From the NCBI GenBank assembly GCA_900088475.1, contig FLMG01003887.1, forward strand, positions 1 through 64,000: a stretch of DNA of 64,000 nucleotides. The letters run 5' to 3'. Source of the stretch: Hyphochytrium catenoides. Lineage: Eukaryota; Protista; Hyphochytriomycota. The notes below the pieces were generated by a model. It was not told where the DNA came from, made no database searches, and saw only the letters and a list, made by a program, of their open reading frames with translations. A program made the position numbers and the translations under genes. This document shows, piece by piece, positions 52,707 to 63,985 of the stretch (the stretch's first letter is position 1; each line of letters begins with the position of its first letter).

Positions 52707-55307
52707 TTACGTCTCCTCAGGCCACATTCCATTGTTAATATTGGCCAGCCAGACGTTATTATCCTCGGTGCTGTCGCTCTGTCTCTTGATCCGTAGGTAG
52801 CCATCGGGGCCAACCTGAAGGGAATAAAGTTTGAGGCTCTGCTCTGTTTGACCCTCAGTTCTAGTTCTATATCTCCCAACTACGGTGTCTCTGTCTCCCT
52901 TGTCTTCCTTCCTCTTTCTCTCTCTAGTCTCTCTCCCAATTGACCAACGGAAGGTGCTCCACACTCTTAGTCTTCCATTGCGGTACATCAGAACTGTCGG
53001 TGGTCTCTCTTAGCAGTTCACAATATCTCTTTCTATTCTGCAGTCTTCTCCACGCTTACCTTAACCTCATCATCTCCGCTGACATTTCCGGAAATTCTAA
53101 GGACTTGAAGGTTTGGAAGGCGCTTGATGGCCTGCAGATCAGCGGAACCGGGCGCTGAGCAATCGTCCAGTGACGTACCAGAGCCCCTCATGAGAGAATA
53201 GGAAGGGACTATCACAACGAAAGGCAAGGAAAGAGAAAGAACAAACGTTAGTAAAGAGGGAGAGAGAGACTGTCCCCACCTTCTGGTCTGCACGGAGCTT
53301 GTTGTTCTCAAGGCCCAGCTGGTGAAGACCTTGCAGCTCTGCCAGTTCTAAGGGAAGCTCGGGCCCGATCTGCGTCCATTATAGACAAATAGAATCTTCA
53401 ATCTCTCAGCGCTCGGTAGCTCCACCACGTGTCACTCTTCTTTCCTCCTCTCTTCTTTCTCCTCGGTCTCTCTCTCTCATCCCTCCTTTCCTCATATTCA
53501 CTCGTCTCTTCTTTAAGGTTCATTCACCTCGTTGTTATCCAGATCCAGCTCGATCAGTGCCCTAAGCCTCCTAATCTCACGCGGTAAGCCTGTGAGCTTG
53601 TTCCCACTCAGACCCAAGCGTTGCAACGACCTACAGGTTAAAGGAAGAAAGAAGAGTTGCATAAAGAATGAACGAAAAGAAGGAGTAGAGTGATCCCTAT
53701 GTAAGTAGGAGAGAAACTAAGCAGCCTGAAGAGAGAGAAAGGAACAAAGAGAGACAGAACGAGACAGACAAACAGAGCGAGAGAGATAGAGAGAAAGACT
53801 TGGGTAGGAGTAACAGGAAAAATCAGAAGAAAATAAATCAACGGCGAAGTAGGAGAGACTCTGAAGTGTGAGGGCAAGACGGAGGCCGCTCAGGGAGGAT
53901 TCCATAGAGAAGAGAGAAAGGGAGAACATGCAGCGACGGACAGAAGGCAGCAGGTAGAGCCCAAAATTGGCGATTCGTACCTTAGTCGGGTGAGTTCGAC
54001 AGGAAAGGAAGAGAGATGGTTGCGATCCAGCCTGAGGTCCAGCAGACCTTTCAGCTCTCCGAGCCTTTCACTGATGGCCGCGATCTGATTCCCCTCGAGG
54101 TAGAGTCTACAGGTGGAGAAACAGTGAGAGATGATGGGACATAGAATCAAGACGCGCGAGAGACAAAGAGAGAAAGGAGAGAAAAGAGGAGTGAAGAGGG
54201 TCATCATGCATACTTTCTTAAGCTCTGGAGCTCTGCGACACTGTCAGGAATCTCTGTGAGAAGATTCCCTGCCATGCCAAGGACTTCCAGGTTCGCCACC
54301 TGGGAGAGCGAGGAAGGGAGAGAACGAACATGCTGGTTCGTCATCCAGAGCTCCCTCAGGGAAGAAAGGATGGCCTTAGGGATAACCTGGCAGTTCGATG
54401 GAAGAGAAGCAAGAAAGAAGATACGGGGAGAGAGCAAAAGTTAGAGAAACATCAAGAAGCCACGAGCTAAGAGAGCGACAGACTAGAGCACGCTGGCAAG
54501 AGAGATAGATGAGAGCGAGGGCAGCGGGAGGAGGAAGAGCTAGGCCGCCAACAAAGAGATTCATGAGAGTTGTCTTTTTGTTGAGGAGCAGAGACACTGA
54601 ACAGAAGTCTCTCCGTAGTCTAAGAGAAGAAAGATAAGGTAGACACTGAGAGATCGAGGGAGACCCAACCCTGACCTTGAGTCATAGACGCAGAATAGAA
54701 ACATGGAGTGAGAGACAGTGAGAAGAGTTGAGAGAGAGAAAACATAAGGTGTCTACTTGGGAGACTGGAGGAGAGAGAGAGAGAAAGAGAAGAGAGAGGG
54801 AGAGAGATAGGCATAGAGACGAAGACCTGCAGCGGGATGTCATAGAACTTGTACCGTCCCTCTCCTCTGACATGTGGGACGGAGAGATCCAATGACCGTG
54901 AGCTGTGTGCCTTTCTTAGCCTTCGAATGACTGCCTCCGCCGCTGCAGGCCCTGGCTCTCCTCCTGCTTCAACTAGTATCTCCTCTAACTCTAGTCTCTT
55001 CGCTGCAAGCTCTTAAGGGCGAGACAGAGCGGAGAACACTCAGCTGTATTACTAGGAACATAGGAGCTGAGGGATACGATCTACCTTTGTCTACAGCTGA
55101 AGCCTTGCTCTTCTTCTCTCCTTTCTTTTTGCTGTTGGGAGAGAGAGAGAGAGACGAAGCCCCTTGGAGAGACGGAGAGAGGAGCGACCCGGCATCACCA
55201 GCTCTGGGAGACGCTAGCGAGTGACCCTTGACCGACCTCTTCGGACTTCGAGGAGGTGAAGAGAGACCGGCCAGCTTTATCTTGCCATGAGGGCTCTGCG
55301 TGCTCAT
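52707..55307 (-). CDS. Multi-exon leucine-rich repeat protein with a basic Ser/Pro-rich N-terminus
   Basis: Consecutive LxxLxLxxN units across exons: LRELWMTNQ, LEVLGMAGN, LRK|LYLEGN, LLDLRLDRN, LQRLGLSGN, LIELDLDNN, LHQLGLENN, LQVLRISGN; ATG at 55307, TAA at 52707-52709. Confidence 0.85.
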
Positions 55308-55909
55308 CTCTGTTCCTCTCCTCCTTCTTTTCTCTTCTACTCTCTCTCTCCTTCTCTATCTTCGCTCACTGCCAACCAAGGGGTTCAAGCTGATACTATG
55401 TCAGTTGCTAGGAGGGCGAGCAAGACACGCAAGTGGATAGAGAGAGAGAGAGAGAAGCGGGAAAGGAATGTAGGTTGGCTAGGACACTGCCGGAGATGAT
55501 GGAAGCCCCAGGAAAAGTAAAGGAAGAAAATCTCCGAAGCTAACTTTCAAGGAGGAAAGTGGAGATACGGGACCCTCTCTCTCAAAGCAATGAGGGCGAG
55601 AGAGAAGAGTGGACGGGAGAAAAAAGAGAAGAAGAGAGAGTGAGGGGAGAAAGCAACAGAGAGAGAGAAAAGGGAAAGAGGGAANNNNNNNNNNNNNNNN
55701 NNNNNNNNNNNNNNNNNNNNNNNNNNNNNNNNNNNNNNNNNNNNNNNNNNNNNNNNNNNNNNNNNNNNNNNNNNNNNNNNAGCACGAGGAGGTAAATGGA
55801 GGAGGAAGAAGATGATGGAGCAACACTGTGTCGCTTCACCTCTTCAATACGACCGCTAACGCCTCGACTACGCCCTTGAACATAAAATAACGACTACAAC
55901 GGGAGGACA

Positions 55910-56960
55910 GCTTTCCCAGTAATCCCTAAGATTATAACAGTAGGTGAGAAAGAGATGAGCTCTTCTTCCTTCAGGTGAAAAGAGAGAAGGCACGGAGGCG
56001 CAGTTTCTACCGGTGAGGAAGGTTTCTTCTAATAAAATATGCGCGTCATCTGGAGCAGCAGCAGCAGCAGCATTCTCTTCCCTTCTTCTTTCTTCATCAT
56101 TCTCTTCTCTTCTTCTTCTCGTCTCCTTCTCCATATCATCATCGGGTGAAAGAAGAAGGCCGCTGTGGCGGGCCAAGGTGCGGCCGTGGTCACCAACAAC
56201 AATACTTCGTTCCTCTACTGTTCTGTCTGTTCTGTCCTCCTTTTGCTGCTGCTCCTTTTGCTGCTCCTGCTGCTCCTTTTGCTGCTCCTCCGCCTAAGCT
56301 AAGAAGGAGCTGCGTCATGTTCTCTTGCCAACAAGGACACCGGTGATCCGTAACCCTCATAGTAATATAGACCACAAAGAATGAATGCTATTCATCATGT
56401 GCCACTGTGATGGTAGTATGACAATAGCGTTATATGTATGTTGTTTGTGCACTTCCTCAACTTCTCACCAACAACCACTTGATCCGCTCTTCCTTCCTTT
56501 TTTTCCCTTTCTGCTCTGTTTCTCTTTGCATGATCTTAGGATCGCCTGTTGACTCAACAATCTCTCTTGCAGGTTAATACTCTATGGTTGCATTTCTCAG
56601 CAGGTTGTTGTTATTTGCGCGTGTTCCCACCACGAAGTCTTGCTCTGCGTGGTGCTTGTGTGAATCGGGGCCTGGCCAGCCAAGGTACAGGCCGAGCACC
56701 ACCTTCTCACTCTCTAATGAGAGATCCGCCTCAGTCTCTTATTATGTTAGTACAAATAGCGCTAATTCTTCTTCTTATAATATTTAGACAGTAAAATCAA
56801 TGCGACTACCACTCAATGAATGACAGCACAGCAGCAGTGCTGAAAGCTGGCTTGTCCAGTCGCATTAGTCCATATCTAGAAAGATAGGATATTCACTGAT
56901 AGTTGATAGCGCCACGATTGTCTTCTTCCATCAGAGGGATAGGTAGGAAGATATCTCCGC
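55910..56960 (+). repeat. Copy A of a diverged ~1.1 kb direct repeat (probable decayed LTR-retroelement internal sequence)
   Basis: Collinear with 62852-63985; shared blocks include ttctcttgccaacaaggacaccggtgatccgtaaccctcatagta, gaatcggggcctggccagccaaggtacag and gcagcagtgctgaaagctggcttgtccagtcgcattagtccatatct. Confidence 0.92.
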
Positions 56961-57129
56961 TCGAGACTAGATCGTCGGCCAGAAGTAGGGCAATAAAGGA
57001 GAGATATTTCTCCATTTGCCTGTCAGGTCAGAACAACAATGTGATGACGGATAGCGATGTGCTTTGTTCTTTGATGAAAGACAGAATTGAAGAGATCACG
57101 GCTAAGCACTCCCATGCATTGAGTGTGCA

Positions 57130-57365
57130 ATGTCCGACAGTCACAGTGCAAATGAGTCCTCAACCGCGCTCTATCGATCTTGGAAAGCAAGAAGCAACCA
57201 ACTGTAGCTCTGTCAGGCTCCACGGAAGCTGAGTACATGTCTGCTGCGACAGCGGTACGGGAAGCTACTTGGCTTCCTTAATTTGTTGGATGATTTAGGC
57301 TTTCTTCTTTGAGCAGCAGCGCTCTCCTCCTACCACGCTGATGGAAGACAATCGTGGCGCTATTA
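57130..57365 (+). mobile_element. Degenerate Ty1/copia RNase H fragment
   Basis: Frameshifted translation SDSHSANE...SWK(A)KKQPTVALS(G)STEAEYMSAATAVREATWL...LLDDLGF...PTTLMEDNRGAI matches the copia RNase H consensus (SWxSKKQxxVAxSTxEAEY; DNxxAI). Confidence 0.88.
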
Positions 57366-57420
57366 GAAGAGGTGCACGTTAATCGCTACGCTGAATGAAA
57401 AGCGGCACCACCTGTAGGGA

Positions 57421-57490
57421 GTGGACTGCTGTCCTTTGTGGACTGCTGTCCTTTGTGGACTGCTGTCCTTTGTGGACTGCTGTCCTTTGT
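57421..57490. repeat. Perfect tandem minisatellite, 4 x 17 bp (gtggactgctgtccttt)
   Basis: Identical units start at 57421, 57438, 57455 and 57472, with no spacers. Confidence 0.97.
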
Positions 57491-58543
57491 AAAGTTACCT
57501 ATTCTTTCTCTCAAGAGGTCTGCTTAGGGTTCAATCGTCCAACAAAGCGAAGAACAAAGAGAGAGAGAGAGTGAAGAGAGCAGCGGTCAAACCGAAGAGA
57601 GCACAGCCCTGGTCCAAAGAAGTGAGGAAGGCTGTTTTACTTTAGAGTCATGCGCTCTTCTTCTCTCCCCCTCCCCCCTATCTCTTGGTCGGGTGATGGT
57701 GATCTCGCTGCTTCGTAGATGATGGTGATCCCAGGTAGGAGGGGAGAGATATCGAGAAAAAGTGAGAGAGAGGGAGAGAAAGAAGGTTCCGGACACCATC
57801 GACTATCAGTGCTAGTAATTCTAGGTGCCGAACGAAGAAAGAAAAGAGGGATTGGCAGGTCCATTGCTTGAGAGGGTAGACGAGCTTGTTGGGATGGAGG
57901 ATAGCAGCAAGGACGAAGGGCTTGTTCGGAGAATAGAAAACGGTAGCAGTGTCAGAAATACGGAGATTTCCTGCCTGTCAGGCCAAGAAGCTTCCGGTCA
58001 AGAAGGAGAGCAACCTCAACAACTGGGGGATCGCGCGCCCTGAGCCTTAGTTTGGACCTAAGGGAAGAACTCCTACCATGGGCATGGAACCAGTTCTAAG
58101 CATCGCACTTCTCAGAGTCACTGACCGCCCAATAATCTTGACTATCACATTGAAGAGGAAGCGCGGAGCACTTGCATTGGTATACCATTCTTGTTATCCC
58201 AGCGTCAACTGAGAACAGAAGGTGCGGCAGTTTCCTCTTACAAGAGACGCTCCTAGTGTCATAATCTACACAGCATACCAATTTTGACACTCTTTGAAGA
58301 AAACTTCCGGGCGATAAGACGGGAGAAGAGAATATCATGATGTCTCTTGCGTAGCAGAGGCCTGGAAGGGTGGACCGATCGTTGGCTTAGACCTTGCACA
58401 GGGGACGATGGTAAACGAATCATCATGACATGAAGGCACCGCAGGGTGGTGCGCAACGCCTGCGTTATCTTCTACGAGTGATAAAGTTCACGTTCTTTGT
58501 TGCCGTCACTTACCAAAGAAACCTCCACGCGCGTCATCGATCT

Positions 58544-59812
58544 TTATCGATCTATCCACCCGCCAGTGTCGTGCAACTGAAGCTTTTCAGTGAGCTCACC
58601 ATAAACGCCATCGGGTAAATTCCTTCGTAGAAAGTCCAATACCGTCCTGCGGTCGAAGTTTGGAGGACCCTTGGGAACATAGTCCGCCTCCTTATATTCG
58701 TCCTTTAAGGACCTATCAGCTTTCTCCGCCAACGTCATTGCTAACATCCACCAATCTATCGCTGGACTCCCTGACGTCGCCGAATCTCCACTACGCATGT
58801 CAGTTGGCAGATAAGGAAGCGTAGAGTGTGTACGGTTTCCAAAAGGAACGATGCTGCCGATGTCGATCAAAATGAACCTCCGCTGATGAAGGCAAATGTT
58901 GGAGGGCTTCACGTCCATAAATGCGACACCAAGATCATGCATAAACTGCAACGCCGAGCTCACCTGCGTCCAAAACTCGATGACATGTGGTTCTTCAAAG
59001 TAAGGGATGTGCTCTAGAGTACTTCCGTACCTAGGCATGATCATATACAGCTTCGGCGGGCTGTGAGAATAGAGCTCAAAGTCGCAGATGTTCTGATGCT
59101 TTCTGTTGTCGAGTACTTTCAGAAAATGCTCCGCTCGCTCGTTCTCGACAGAGTTCAGAGGCTTGATAACCATCTCGACGAGGTCGCGATAGCATATTGT
59201 CAAGGCACTGTAAGGGTAGAGTGGGCCATTGATCATCAAACCCTTCACCCGCAAGTCCATGACAGTGGTTGTCGCCGGGAGTACACCAGCCATGTCATAG
59301 ATATCTGCAGCAAGCCTGACGTTCTGCGTTTGAAGAGCGTAAGACAGCTGCGATGAGTACCGAAGCTCCATTCGACGCACTATCCCGGGGTCCAGCTCCT
59401 TGCGTCGATGTTCCTTGCTGGAACGAATCAACTGCTCGAAACTGATCACCTGTGAACCTCGTCCTGCACTTCCTGATATACGTGACGTCTCTTCCTCTTT
59501 TCGCGAAAGTCTCTCCCACAGGACATACTCCTTCTTTCGTAGTGCAGCGAGCCCCTCCCGCAGCGCACACTTCTCGTTCATTAGCGCTGCCAATTCCAGC
59601 CTCAACGCATCGCGGTCACCATGTTCTAGCTTCTCTGGATCTGTCCACTGCGAATCGGGGGTTGAGAGGAGGCGCTTTACTTGAGCAACCTGTTGGTTCA
59701 CTTGATCAATGTCCTTCTGAAGCTCCTCAATCTCGTGTTTCACGTCTGCAAGAGTGTCCTCCTGGCTGCTTCTGCTGCTTCTTGGACTGGTACTAGTTTC
59801 AGAGACCTCCAT
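58544..59812 (-). CDS. Uninterrupted ORF: N-terminal coiled coil plus divergent Ser/Thr kinase, Crinkler (CR)-effector-kinase-like
   Basis: First ATG at 59812; frame stays open to ~60026. Heptad region DVKHEIEELQKDIDQVNQQVAQVKRLL...WTDPEKLEHGDRDALR...LRKKE. Kinase motifs MVIK, HQNI, YMIMPRY, ALQFMH, FMDVKPSNI, LIDIGS, STLPYLP, IDWWMLAMTL. Confidence 0.82.
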   Translation of the reverse strand: MEVSETSTSPRSSRSSQEDTLADVKHEIEELQKDIDQVNQQVAQVKRLLSTPDSQWTDPEKLEHGDRDALRLELAALMNEKCALREGLAALRKKEYVLWERLSRKEEETSRISGSAGRGSQVISFEQLIRSSKEHRRKELDPGIVRRMELRYSSQLSYALQTQNVRLAADIYDMAGVLPATTTVMDLRVKGLMINGPLYPYSALTICYRDLVEMVIKPLNSVENERAEHFLKVLDNRKHQNICDFELYSHSPPKLYMIMPRYGSTLEHIPYFEEPHVIEFWTQVSSALQFMHDLGVAFMDVKPSNICLHQRRFILIDIGSIVPFGNRTHSTLPYLPTDMRSGDSATSGSPAIDWWMLAMTLAEKADRSLKDEYKEADYVPKGPPNFDRRTVLDFLRRNLPDGVYGELTEKLQLHDTGGWIDR

Positions 59813-60125
59813 ACTCGCTGCTCTGTGCCCAGCGCAGAGCTTGTCCACCGCGTTATCCGAAGAGTGATGTAGAGATAAAGGAGATGCCGTAGTGTACGAC
59901 GAAGTTCCAAAAACCGCTTCAGCACTGTCAGAGAGAGAGGCGACCGAGCTCAAACAATGCGGTTTTTGATGTGCCTGATCGTCGTCATCAGATCGTCCGT
60001 GCTGAGTGGAGGCTACGACGGGACTCTGTCACGATGCAGCTCCCGCCGAGCTGGCTCCCAGCTGTACAGTAGCTTTCCAGTTTCCAGGGCTCAAATGACT
60101 GTTCGAGTGAGGGGTTGTGCCAGCT

Positions 60126-60135
60126 TTCTCTCTCT

Positions 60136-60174
<39 letters not shown>

Positions 60175-60337
60175 TTGTCTGTCTCTCTCCCTCTCTCTCT
60201 CTCTCTCTCTTTGTCTGTCTCTCTCCCTCTCTGTCTCTCTATGCTGTCTTTCTCTCTCTCTCTCTGTTTCTCCCTCTGTCCTCTCTCTCTGTTCTCTCTC
60301 TCTGTGTGTGTCTCTCTCTGTCTCTCTCTCTCTCTCA
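60126..60337. repeat. Imperfect (CT)n microsatellite upstream of the kinase ORF
   Basis: About 210 bp of CT/CTGT repeats. Confidence 0.9.
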
Positions 60338-60724
60338 TCACGTACAACTCCCCTCGTTGCCTCACTTGTCCCTTCGTTGCTTCTTTGGCCTTTATACAGT
60401 AGTATCCTAGAGTATCATTATGCGAGAGAGGTGCAGTTCTTATTCTTGTCAGACTGAGTGCGGTTTTGACCCTACCTTTACAGGGGCTCCCTCTGAATAT
60501 AGCTCTCCTACAAAACCTAACAAGTCTCAGTGGTGAACCTCTTCTGTCCCCTGCGTCGCGATGAGCTGGGGTTACCCCCACTCCAAGGGGACATCTCTGA
60601 GACTGCGCGGAAGCGCGAAGCGACAGAGTTATTTTGATGTGGGTCCATCATCAGCTCTTCTTCCCTAGCCTCTCTCCTCTCTCTCTCTCACTGTTCTCCC
60701 TCTCTGTCTCCCTACGTACAGTAC

Positions 60725-61392
60725 TCTGGGCGTTGCAAGTTGTGCCACGGGGACTTTGACGTGTTTGGGCACCATGCGATGGTCTGCCGCTTAGCCCGTC
60801 GATGTATGACGGTAGTACCTCATGATGATGGAGGGCTTGCGGGACCTCCTCCTCCTAGGCCTAGCTCGTCGTTCGGCAGGACTTTTGGCCAGAGCTGAAC
60901 CTCCCGACAGGGTATTACCCAATGATGGTCATCGCCCAGGAGACCTGGCCATTATTGAGAGATTTGAGCCTCAAAGAGTCTGCACGCTCTTCGACGTTAC
61001 TGTCTCCGACTACTCGCCGCGGCAACTCAACACCTCCTACCTCATGCAGCGGCTCGGACAGGATACGTCACGGAGGCAAATTGCCCTTTACTTACGCAGA
61101 GGAATGTGAGGATCAAGGCTATGGTTTCCGGCCCTTCTTGGCGTGATGGGAGTCCTTTGTTGGCGGGGCAACGGAAACCGTTCATTCGACCCTGAAAGAA
61201 TTGCTTAGGAGGAGGGCTACTATCATCTTTTTTGACAGGTGTGAGAGTGTAGGTCTTCCTCCTTCTTCTCTCTCATGTCTCACTGCCACTGCTGCCTACT
61301 ACAGACGATTCTCTTCTGTCCTCTTGTTGTTGTTGCAACGTTGCAATGCTGAGATGGTCTTACATCGAATGCCCCTGCCTATTACATATTGA
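60725..61392 (+). mobile_element. 5'-truncated, frameshifted non-LTR retrotransposon fragment with restriction-like endonuclease (CRE-like), copy 1
   Basis: CKLCHGDFDVFGHHAMVC zinc knuckle, HD..GLRDLL, ARAEP, RPGDLAI, FDVTV, YAEECEDQGYGFRPF, WESFVGG, LQRCNAEMV. Confidence 0.85.
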
Positions 61393-61592
61393 GAATGCGA
61401 TCCTGCTGGGTCAGCTTCCTGGAGCTGTTGCTGGAAGGAGGTGGTCTTCTTCTCTAGTAGTGAGTGGTGGTAGTAGACGACGACAGTAGTCTTCTTTGCA
61501 TAAAGTCTAGTATGTAGTTACTCCTCCTATTAGTTTCTCCAACTCGTTATATCTTTTTTATAATAAAAGTATTACTCCCTACTGTAGTTTGG

Positions 61593-62690
61593 ATGCAGAC
61601 CTCTCTACCTACTCGTCATGGTGGGTTGGGAGTATCCCACTCAACGTATATTCACAAAGCGGCATTATTCATTGGCTCTTCTTTGCAGACCTCATCTTTG
61701 ACGGCCGCTCTACTTAAGCGACCTAGACAGGACTTGTCCCACCAGACGATGTTCTCGACGAACTCCTTGCCCGACGACACAATCATCAGACACAAAGTGA
61801 TCTTGCTGCTGCCGCTCTGGTACAACATGTCCCGAACCTTCAGAAAAAATTACTCTCGAAAGACGTGTGGCGGGCTCTTCAACATCGGTTGCTGACACAG
61901 GCATCGCTCAGAAACAGAGCTCGTCTTTTAGCTGTAAGCATGAGTCACGCCGGAGCCTTTGTCCATGCTCGCCCCATCCCTGCCTTACATCAGCGGGTGC
62001 AGGACTCAGGCATATTTAGGATAATGCTTCGAAGATATCTTGGAATCCCTCTCTTGGATCAGGCTGACATTTGCAGACTTCGTCAAGCTCCTTTTGATCT
62101 TTATGGTGACCATGCTATTATTATTATGGTTGTTTGTAGGACGACGGGAAGAGTGCGACATGATGGCTTGCGCAATTTGCTGATAGCCATAGCAAGATCT
62201 GCAGCCATGGTAGCTCGCCCTGAGCCGGCTGATCGGGTATTGGCTAATGGGAAACGCCGCCCTGGTGACTTGACCATTGACGGCTACGAGCCGGGCAAGA
62301 TATCGACATGTTTCGACGTGACCATCCGCGAGCCGCTGCAACACACATACATTCAGCATGCAGCGCTCGAGGCTGCTGGCTACGTTGCTAGATCGATTAA
62401 GTCATGATGCCAAGCTCGCTCGCTACGCGGAGGAATGTGCGGCAGCAGGATATGGTTTCGTTCCGCTGGTATGGGAGACATTTGGTGGTGGAGCTACCAC
62501 GGAAGTCCACGAAACGCTCCGCCACTGCTGGATTAGAGCAGTTCACGACAGGTGCGGAGGAAGGGGTGGGTGGGGTTGTTTTCTTCTTCTTCTCTCTTCA
62601 GTTCCATCTATGAGAGGATATCAACACATATTCAGCGCTGTAATGCACAGATGGTGCGCAGTCGCCTTCTTTTGCCACGGGCAATTTGCG
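61593..62690 (+). mobile_element. 5'-truncated, frameshifted non-LTR retrotransposon fragment (RT thumb plus RLE, CRE-like), copy 2
   Basis: SLPTRHGGLGV (thumb), RARLLAVSMSHAGAF, FRIMLRRYLGIP, DLYGDHA...C, RHDGLRN, RPGDLTI, FDVTIREP, KLARYAEECAAAGYGFVPLVWETFGG, IQRCNAQMV. Confidence 0.88.
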
Positions 62691-62851
62691 AGGATGTTGT
62701 ACAGCAACAGCAACAGCTGCAGCAGATCCGACGACGACGGAGGAGAGGTGGAGCCGCAGTAGTCCAAGAGTTTTTAGTATAGACCTTAAGAGCTGGTAGG
62801 TTTATTACTAGTAGGGAGCATAGAGATCTGTAGGTAGTAGTACTCTTTAAT

Positions 62852-63985
62852 GCTTTCTAAAAGTCAATAATAGTAGCAGTAGTAGATGAGAAAGAGACGA
62901 GCTCTTCCTCCTCCAGCTGAGGGAAGGGACGGAGCAGTACCGGTGAAGAACAAGTTTTTTCAAAAATGATATTTGCGCTTCATCCGGCAGCTTCTTCTCC
63001 CTTCTTTCTTCATCGTTCTCTTCTCTTCTTCTTCTCGTCTCCTTCTCCATATCATCATCGGCTGAAAGGAGAAGGCCGCTGTGGCCGAGGTGCGGCCGTG
63101 GTCATCAACAACAACAATAGTAATTCCTCTACTGTTTTGTCTGTTCTTTTGCTGCTCCTTTTGCTGCTCCTACTAATCATCGTGCTACTACTCCCCGTCA
63201 TCACGCCAACGCTAAGAAGGAGCTGAGTTTACGTTCTCTTGCCAACAAGGACACCGGTGATCCGTAACCCTCATAGTAGTATAGACGACAAAGAATGAAG
63301 AATGCTATTCATCATGATGCCACTGTGATGGTAGTATAACAATAGCGTTATATGTATGTGCACTTCCTCAACTTCTGACCAACAACGACTTGATCCACTC
63401 TTTATTATTCTTTCCCCTTTCTGCTCTCTTTCTCTTTGCATGTTCTTAGGGTAGCCTGTTGACTCATCCTCTCTTAAAGGTTAATACTCTATCGTTGCAT
63501 TTCTCAACAAGTAGACTGACTCTTCTTCTCTCGTGAGGCAGACTCTTCTTTCTCACCACCTCTGTATGATGGCAGTTAATAAACTTCTTTCTGAACGAAG
63601 TAGAAGAAGACCCCATGTTGTTACTTGCGCGTGTTCCCGCGAAGTCTGCCTGAATCGGGGCCTGGCCAGCCAAGGTACAGACCGAGCACCTTCTGACTCT
63701 CTACTAACGAGAGATCCGCCTCATCAGACTCATAATATTACGTTACAACAAATAGATAGCGCTAATTCTTCTTTTTATTATTATATTAGAACAGTAAAAT
63801 CCACAATGCGACTACCACTTGTGAATGACAGCGCAGCAGCAGTGCTGAAAGCTGGCTTGTCCAGTCGCATTAGTCCATATCTTCTAGAAAGATAGGATAT
63901 TTCACTGATAAGTTGATAGCGCCATGATTGTCTTCCATCATTCAGAGGGGTACGTAGGTGTTATATTATGTATATCTCCTCTGAC
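62852..63985 (+). repeat. Copy B of the diverged ~1.1 kb direct repeat
   Basis: Collinear with 55910-56960; differs by substitutions and many short indels. Confidence 0.92.

Noticed and set aside
57421-57490. Possible CRISPR-like array
   Set aside because: Units are contiguous with no spacers, there are no cas genes, and the context is eukaryotic.
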